Assembly (NCBI GenBank): GCA_964514965.1
Contig: CAZETV010000001.1
Span: forward strand, 573,063 to 605,062
DNA length: 32,000 nt
Source of the DNA: Candidatus Hadarchaeota archaeon
GTDB lineage: Archaea; Hadarchaeota; Hadarchaeia; Hadarchaeales; Hadarchaeaceae
Reading direction: 5' to 3'
Position numbers and translations under genes: made by a program
Part shown: positions 25,553 through 32,000 of the stretch, in pieces
How the letters are laid out: every line of letters starts with the position of its first letter
How positions within the stretch are numbered: position 1 is the stretch's first letter
Notes under the pieces: generated by a model
What the model was told of the DNA's origin: nothing
The model's database searches: none
What the model saw: the letters and a program-made list of their open reading frames with translations, nothing else

Positions 25553-26846
25553 ATTCAACCTTTGCGCCGATAACCTCAACCACAAGTTTTTCCATCTCGC
25601 TTAAATTTTTATCAATATCCTTCTCAACCTGCTGCGATTCATGGTGAAGTTCCTCGATTGTCGCACGTGCGCGTTTTATTTCCGTCCGATATTTTTCGAT
25701 TGATTCTTCGAGTTCAGCCTTTTGTTGTAAAAGCGAGGTTTGTTCACGAACGCGTTTTTGGGTTTCTATATCGGTGTGGAGTCTGGTGAGTCGCTCTTTG
25801 AGTTTCAGGAGCTTTTTTTCCTCCAGAAGTTCACGAGCTAGTTTAATTCGTTTCCTCCGTTCTCGGTCATCCATGCTTATTTTTCCCTCCTCAAGAAGTT
25901 CAATCATTTTTTGCAACAACGAATCAACAGCCCCCAGTTTTTCGTTGGATGAAAATACCCCAAGTGGGTCCTCTATGCAAAGTTCAAGTACTTTCACCAT
26001 CTCTCGATCCATCTGGCACTCGCCCGCCTTCACAAGCTTTTCCATCTTCCTTAGCGGTCTGCTAAGCCCTGAAATCGCACTCGATACGGTACCCCTCACA
26101 TGAGCTATCTCGCGTTCAATTCGTTCGAGCTCGCGCCCAGATGCGTCCAAGCTCTTGAATTCCCTACTGTTGATAAGCATCGCCAGTTGATTGCTCTCGT
26201 CATCAATCAACTTCTCAAGAGTCACAACCTGACTTTCCAATGATTTTACCTCAGTCCGAATATCTTTAATTCGGTTAAGAAGCTCTTTTTGAGATAATAT
26301 TTTCGAGGAGATTGAGTCTAACGAGCGCATTTCTCGGAGGGTTCCTTCAATGAGAACGTTGATCTCCCTGACCAATTCATGCAACTGTCGCAAGCGTAAC
26401 TCGATCGCGTTAAAGTGAGGTCCGAACAATGCTCTGACATAGCGGCTGTGGGTTACGAGTGCGTCAGTTGTAAGTTTCACCATTTTCGTCAACTTGCCAC
26501 CTAGTGCCGCAAGGTCGTTCGTCGATAATTTTCCCCGCTCGACATCAGCGACCGCGCGGGTTAGCTTATCAATGAGGAGTCTTCGAGCCTCGAGCGCCGT
26601 CTTGCGCAACCCAAGATAAACTTCCTCAGTGGGTTCAACCTCGGAAAAGGTTTTCAATTCCTCTAAAAACGATTCCTGCCCTCCGGATAGCCTGTCTAGC
26701 ATAGAATTTAATCTGGATTGGGTCTCAGAGAACTTTTCCTGCTTGAGTTTGCCCACTCGTCCTTCAAGAGAATCTACAGATAATTTTTCAACTTGAGGTT
26801 CAGGCGCTTTTGGTTTTCTTCCGAAAATCTTGCGGAGAAACATCAA
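25542..26846 (-). CDS. 434-aa predominantly coiled-coil protein, function unknown
   Basis: A long uninterrupted ORF with heptad-like Leu/Ile/Glu/Lys/Arg-rich sequence throughout. The N-terminus [13 protein letters not shown] is short, basic and amphipathic. I see no catalytic motif, TM helix or nucleotide-binding loop. Confidence 0.65.
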   Translation of the reverse strand: MMFLRKIFGRKPKAPEPQVEKLSVDSLEGRVGKLKQEKFSETQSRLNSMLDRLSGGQESFLEELKTFSEVEPTEEVYLGLRKTALEARRLLIDKLTRAVADVERGKLSTNDLAALGGKLTKMVKLTTDALVTHSRYVRALFGPHFNAIELRLRQLHELVREINVLIEGTLREMRSLDSISSKILSQKELLNRIKDIRTEVKSLESQVVTLEKLIDDESNQLAMLINSREFKSLDASGRELERIEREIAHVRGTVSSAISGLSRPLRKMEKLVKAGECQMDREMVKVLELCIEDPLGVFSSNEKLGAVDSLLQKMIELLEEGKISMDDRERRKRIKLARELLEEKKLLKLKERLTRLHTDIETQKRVREQTSLLQQKAELEESIEKYRTEIKRARATIEELHHESQQVEKDIDKNLSEMEKLVVEVIGAKVEFTS

Positions 26847-26911
26847 CTCGCCAATTATACATGATTGAGTTGTTGTTTAAATGTTCGGAGCAGCCGAAAC
26901 AAAAGCTGTAA

Positions 26912-27955
26912 TTAAATCACGTGTATTGAAGACGCTTTAAACGCAACGTAAACTCCGGAACCGATTTTTAATTTCATGTCTAAAAAAGAGCGCTTTGTGA
27001 TTGTTACCCCTAGCTCGCGACCAATATCTACTTTTAACCTTACAGTTACACCACAATCGGAAATCTTAGTTATCTTACCTTCCAACATATTTCTTCCGCT
27101 TGATTTGATTGGTCTTTTTGATAGAAGAATATCTTCGGGTCGGATGCAGACTTTAACGTTGCCTTCTTTTTGCGTCACAGCTTCAATCAATACATTTCCG
27201 ATATCTATTCTGGCGAGACCTTTTTTTAGCCTCGATTTTCCTGAAAAAATATTTTCAACCCCAACAAATTTTGCAACGAATTCCGATTTTGGTTTCCGGA
27301 ATATTTCATCTGGTTTCCCCACCTGGATAAGTTTTCCATCGCTCAAGATACCTATCCTGTCACCCAACAAAATTGCTTCGACATGGTCATGAGTAACGTG
27401 AATTGTGGTTAGACCAGATTTCTCGTGGAAATCCTTTAACTCCTCCCTTAACTTCTCCTGCGTCTGTGCATCCAAACTGCTCAATGGTTCATCCAAGAGT
27501 AAAACTTCTGGATCAAGCACGATCGCTCTAGCTAAAGCCACTTTCTGTTGTTCTCCTCCACTCAGTGTTTTTGGTAGCCGTTTAGACAAACGCACAAGAC
27601 CCAACAAATTCATGGTACGTCGCATTTTTTTATCGATTTCAGGTTTCGGAATTTTTTTCAACCTTAATCCAAATTTCACATTTTCTTCAACATTCAGATG
27701 AGGAAACAACGAATAGTCTTGGTAAACGAAGCCTACTCTCCTCTGCTCAGGGGGGATACCTGTCATGTTTTTATCGTTTATCCAGATTTCACCTAGGTCG
27801 GGACGGTGAAACCCAGCGATTAACTCAAGCATGAGGGTTTTTCCCGCCCCCGTTGGACCCAGCACAGTGAAGTACTCCCGTTCTTTGATATCCAGATTTA
27901 TGTTCCTCAACGAAAAATCGACCCATTTTTTTGATAAATTTTTAATGCTCAGCAT
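26912..27955 (-). CDS. wtpC: ABC transporter ATP-binding subunit with a C-terminal TOBE/Mop-like domain (tungstate/molybdate type)
   Basis: Walker A GPTGAGKT, signature LSGGEQQKVALARA, Walker B LLLDEP and an H-loop VTHD. The C-terminal roughly 110 aa form a beta-rich TOBE-like domain (GKITKISDCGVTVRLKV...). Confidence 0.8.
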   Translation of the reverse strand: MLSIKNLSKKWVDFSLRNINLDIKEREYFTVLGPTGAGKTLMLELIAGFHRPDLGEIWINDKNMTGIPPEQRRVGFVYQDYSLFPHLNVEENVKFGLRLKKIPKPEIDKKMRRTMNLLGLVRLSKRLPKTLSGGEQQKVALARAIVLDPEVLLLDEPLSSLDAQTQEKLREELKDFHEKSGLTTIHVTHDHVEAILLGDRIGILSDGKLIQVGKPDEIFRKPKSEFVAKFVGVENIFSGKSRLKKGLARIDIGNVLIEAVTQKEGNVKVCIRPEDILLSKRPIKSSGRNMLEGKITKISDCGVTVRLKVDIGRELGVTITKRSFLDMKLKIGSGVYVAFKASSIHVI

Positions 27956-28733
27956 GCAATCTCCTCTGTAGATATTTTAGGCCAACGAAAACCGATAAGG
28001 TAATCAGGAGAAGTATTACCGCGACACGCATTCCTTCATAGAGTCCTAGGCTGTAAAATCTGCTCCAAATTATTCCCGGGGCAATCATTGGAAAAAATCC
28101 AACGAGCATGATTACCGCTGCGAACTCACTTATCGCACGCGCCCAGCTCATTATAACCCCGCTGAATATCTGCGGAAATGCAAGCGGAAATGCCACTTTT
28201 CGAAAAGCCCCCCATTCTGTAGCGCCCAAAGATCGTGCTACCTTCTCTAGACGGGGGTCAACGTTTCGAAATCCTTCCTTAGCGGAGTTGATGAGAAATG
28301 GCGCGGAAACGAATAACATCGCGATTACAATCCCAGGGAGCGCGCCTTCAAACCTAATAAAAGATGAGACTGGTCCGCCAATTAATCCGTTTAATCCAAA
28401 AACCGTCAGCAACATGATGCCAGCAACAACGTGAGGCACTGCCATTGGGAGGTCTATCATACCTTCGATGAGCTTTTTCCCCCGAAAGTCCTTCCTCGCC
28501 AACAAATAGGCTAGAGGAACGCCAAACACAAACGTCACTATCACCGCAAGGAATGCTGAAAAACAGCTCAATCCCACCGCCTTTAGAACCTCTTGGTCAG
28601 TGATAGCACCTAAAAATCCGGTTAGGTCAAATGCAAATTGTTTGAAAAGAATATTAGCTATCGGAAGAACGAGAACAGCGAAAATGAGAATCCCAAGCGC
28701 GCCGAATAAAGCGGTTATTTTCCCAATCTTCAC
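27942..28733 (-). CDS. wtpB: ABC transporter permease (ModB/WtpB-like)
   Basis: Six hydrophobic helices and an EAA-loop region EKVARSLGATEWGAFRKVAFPLA. It overlaps wtpC by 14 nt and wtpA by 4 nt. Confidence 0.8.
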   Translation of the reverse strand: MKIGKITALFGALGILIFAVLVLPIANILFKQFAFDLTGFLGAITDQEVLKAVGLSCFSAFLAVIVTFVFGVPLAYLLARKDFRGKKLIEGMIDLPMAVPHVVAGIMLLTVFGLNGLIGGPVSSFIRFEGALPGIVIAMLFVSAPFLINSAKEGFRNVDPRLEKVARSLGATEWGAFRKVAFPLAFPQIFSGVIMSWARAISEFAAVIMLVGFFPMIAPGIIWSRFYSLGLYEGMRVAVILLLITLSVFVGLKYLQRRLHAEH

Positions 28734-29755
28734 TGTACCACCAATGGTTGGAGATTTTCCGGCAGTTTGTCGATATCACTCGCCACGGCGGGGACTATTG
28801 GTGGCTGGCCACAATTTTCAAAAACCTCTTGACCATAATCGGCTATCAACAATTTTATAAAATCGACTGCCAAATCCTCATTCGGCGCATTCTTGGGTAT
28901 AGTTATCCCATAGACGATAGGCTCAGCGGTAAGCACTTTGCCGTTCGCAAGCTGCACTTTAACTTGTTTATAGGTGTTTTCGTGGTCTGTGTTGGTTAGA
29001 TTGATTTCATCAGGGAGTTCTACAAATTTAAATCCATGCTGGACCGCGGTACTTCTATATTCGAATGCGTAGCCAATGCTATGCACTTCTAACTTGATAA
29101 ACAGGCTCACCGACTTATCTGAAATCTCCAGCTTATTGGTATTTGGATTCAAGTCCTCTGGCACCTGGATTAAATAATTGTCATTTTCCTCAATCGTCTC
29201 AATGTTAGTATTGGACGCGATTAAATCATCAAAAATTGTGGAATTATCATAACAAATCTCTGCAAGTTGTAAAACCATTAACGTGCGATAGCCACAGGGA
29301 TCAAGGTTAGGGTCACTGAATCCGAACTTCACGTTGGTTCTGTTGAGTATCTCATACCAGTTGTTCTCGTTTATCTCATTCGCATAATTGCTCTCAGTAG
29401 TATAGACGAGCACAATTTCATTACGTGCAAACTGGATATACCAATCGGCATACTCAGGAAACATCATTTTTGGGATCAGCGAGTAGTCCGCTGAAACGAG
29501 GATGTCCGCAACTTTATGAAGTTCGGTTATCTGGCTAATGGCTTCTGCGCTTCCATGAGGTTCGAGCTGCACATCTACATCGTGAGAGCTTTCGAATTGT
29601 GTTTCAATTTTCTCAAGAGGTACTGTGAGGCTGCCAGCATGGTAAATTTTCAGCACAGGTTTTCCACCTCCAGAGAATATAAACACGCCTGAGATAACGA
29701 CAATCGTCATTGCAATAACAATAGTTTTTTTTGCACCAATGCTTTTTATAAACAT
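28730..29755 (-). CDS. wtpA: Tungstate/molybdate substrate-binding protein (WtpA-like), N-terminally membrane anchored
   Basis: KIYHAGSLTVP, SADYSLIPKMMFPEYADW, FGFSDPNLDPCGYR and PIVYGITIPKNAPN closely follow my recollection of characterised WtpA. The N-terminal hydrophobic segment is TIVIAMTIVVISGVFIF. Confidence 0.8.
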   Translation of the reverse strand: MFIKSIGAKKTIVIAMTIVVISGVFIFSGGGKPVLKIYHAGSLTVPLEKIETQFESSHDVDVQLEPHGSAEAISQITELHKVADILVSADYSLIPKMMFPEYADWYIQFARNEIVLVYTTESNYANEINENNWYEILNRTNVKFGFSDPNLDPCGYRTLMVLQLAEICYDNSTIFDDLIASNTNIETIEENDNYLIQVPEDLNPNTNKLEISDKSVSLFIKLEVHSIGYAFEYRSTAVQHGFKFVELPDEINLTNTDHENTYKQVKVQLANGKVLTAEPIVYGITIPKNAPNEDLAVDFIKLLIADYGQEVFENCGQPPIVPAVASDIDKLPENLQPLVVQ

Positions 29756-29877
29756 GTTTCCTTTTTATTTAACTAATTTGTTTAAAACTTTTCCTTTAGT
29801 TAAACATTAATGTTAATAAAAGCTAATCCTCACGCAAATTTATAAGTCCTCCACGTTAGCTTGTAACATGAAAGGAG

Positions 29878-30105
29878 TTGAAAAAAGTGTACAGACCTAG
29901 AGAGAGAAGAGGACCACTGGCTCCGGTGAACGTTGGCGACGTTCAAGATGTGAAAATTGAGGCGAAGGGCAAAAGTGGAGATGGTATCGCCCGCATTCAA
30001 GGCTTCGTGGTCTTTGTACCCAGCACCAATCCTGGGGATGAGGTAAAAGTTCGCATCACCGCGGTGCGACAAAGATTTGCGACAGCTGAAGTCGTTACAG
30101 AGTGA
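29878..30105 (+). CDS. Small stand-alone TRAM-domain protein (RNA-binding/chaperone type)
   Basis: [55 protein letters not shown] is a complete TRAM fold signature. AGGAG lies upstream. The start is TTG 29878 or GTG 29887. Confidence 0.8.
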   Translation: MKKVYRPRERRGPLAPVNVGDVQDVKIEAKGKSGDGIARIQGFVVFVPSTNPGDEVKVRITAVRQRFATAEVVTE

Positions 30106-30126
30106 ATCCATTACTCTCGACTTTAG

Positions 30127-31191
<1,065 letters not shown>

Positions 31192-31257
31192 CTATCAAGA
31201 ATAAAGAAGTGTCATTTTTTCACGGCTTTTCTACGAATCCGATATCCCTGAAAAAAA

Positions 31258-31698
31258 CTAAAGCGATTCTCGCAAAAATTTCGCGACCAAGTCAACCGCA
31301 ACTTCTCGTTTGGCGGGGTAAGCCGCAACTTTCAATCTAAGATGTATAATATCGCCACCCTCGGTCAGCACGAGTTCACCCACATATGCTAGCTGTTTAT
31401 CGAACCTCAGGTGCAGATGGCAGGCCTTATCGATTCTGTCCGGTACGACCATAGCAATTTTTTCGAACTCTCCTCCACATAGCTTGGCTAAGATTCTTCG
31501 CCAGATTTCTTGAGTCTCCTTGCGCCCAATCTGAGCCTCAAAGCTCACGATTGGGTTTCCATGATGACCTTTAAGCCTCGAACGACGAACCTCAACCTCT
31601 TCTGGTAGCATAATTTTTAGTGCATCTAAAACTCGTTTTTCGGCCTCGGTGGCATGCGCAAAGGTGCTAACAACCGCACCCCTGAACGGAAATTTCAT
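31258..31698 (-). CDS. COG1931/UPF0201-like predicted RNA-binding protein (the 'exosome-neighbourhood' family)
   Basis: The 146-aa size, N-terminal beta-alpha pattern (VVSTFAHATEAEKRVLDALKIMLP) and position immediately downstream of rpl15e match the conserved archaeal neighbourhood as I recall it. No diagnostic motif could be verified. Confidence 0.45.
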   Translation of the reverse strand: MKFPFRGAVVSTFAHATEAEKRVLDALKIMLPEEVEVRRSRLKGHHGNPIVSFEAQIGRKETQEIWRRILAKLCGGEFEKIAMVVPDRIDKACHLHLRFDKQLAYVGELVLTEGGDIIHLRLKVAAYPAKREVAVDLVAKFLRESL

Positions 31699-31709
31699 CC
31701 ATAATCACT

Positions 31710-32000
31710 TTAGCCATGCCGACGTGCCCGAACGCTCGGCCTGACTTTCTCTGCACCCTTGCCCTTTTTGAGCAGTCCCCGCGACTTTCGCCCTGTTCTC
31801 GTCAAACCTCGGTAAACTCGCCCACTATGCTCTTTCTCAGCTACCCACTTTAACTGGGGGTCGCTCAAGATTGCAGGGTGGTTCGGGTCAAGCATAATAA
31901 CCTCAAAATATTCATGGGTGCCGTCAGGGCCGAGCGGGTAGGAGTTCAGAACCTCTAAATTAGGGTACTTCCGGGCTGCTCGCTCCTCTGCAATCAGTTG
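31710..32000 (-). CDS. rpl15e: 50S ribosomal protein eL15, N-terminus beyond the window edge
   Basis: My translation shows the frame stays open from 31895 to nt 32000: [44 protein letters not shown]...[13 protein letters not shown]...[10 protein letters not shown]. This is typical of the L15e C-terminal half. Confidence 0.9.
   Translation of the reverse strand, partial: QLIAEERAARKYPNLEVLNSYPLGPDGTHEYFEVIMLDPNHPAILSDPQLKWVAEKEHSGRVYRGLTRTGRKSRGLLKKGKGAEKVRPSVRARRHG

Noticed and set aside
26847-26911. Small hairpin TTCGG-AGCAG-CCGAA between wtpC and the coiled-coil gene.
   Set aside because: It has only 5 bp, nothing speaks to its conservation, and archaeal termination does not require hairpins. 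It is not distinguishable from chance.

Overview
This window looks like a compact archaeal chromosomal core segment with euryarchaeal-type gene order. I call about 41 protein genes and 2 tRNA genes, and most neighbouring genes touch or overlap by 4 nt. All calls come from motif recognition in the supplied translations and from reading the DNA by eye; no database search was run.

Content from left to right:
- A 5'-truncated cell-surface repeat protein, then a roughly 560-nt unexplained gap.
- A MinD/ParA-like ATPase.
- tRNA-Thr, queE, queD, a small GNAT and an intron-containing tRNA.
- A seamless block: eno, rps2, MEMO-like, isopentenyl phosphate kinase, IDI-2, RNase J and GGPP synthase.
- Peroxiredoxin with a small wHTH gene (minus strand), then a UPF0316 membrane protein and GluRS.
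- L7Ae, S28e, L24e and NDK.
- A zinc-ribbon/CFIATA-box protein (minus strand).
- aIF5B, S6e, aIF2-gamma, a PIN protein, H+-PPase, RpoE', Spt4, DUF359 dephospho-CoA kinase, S24e and S27ae. S27ae is missing from the ORF track.
- A 434-aa coiled-coil protein and a WtpABC-like tungstate/molybdate transporter (minus strand).
- A TRAM protein, Kae1, a COG1931-like protein and a partial L15e.

I found no CRISPR array, mobile element, integrase or recognisable defence locus. I also see no convincing new multi-gene system, and most of the window is ordinary housekeeping DNA.

The parts worth a second look are:
- The WQxIETWTGT repeat surface protein, which has a degenerate PGF-CTERM and a tail carrying a repeated motif.
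- The structured gap upstream of the MinD-like gene.
- The intron-containing tRNA, whose isotype I could not resolve.
- The zinc-ribbon/CFIATA protein.
- The coiled-coil protein.
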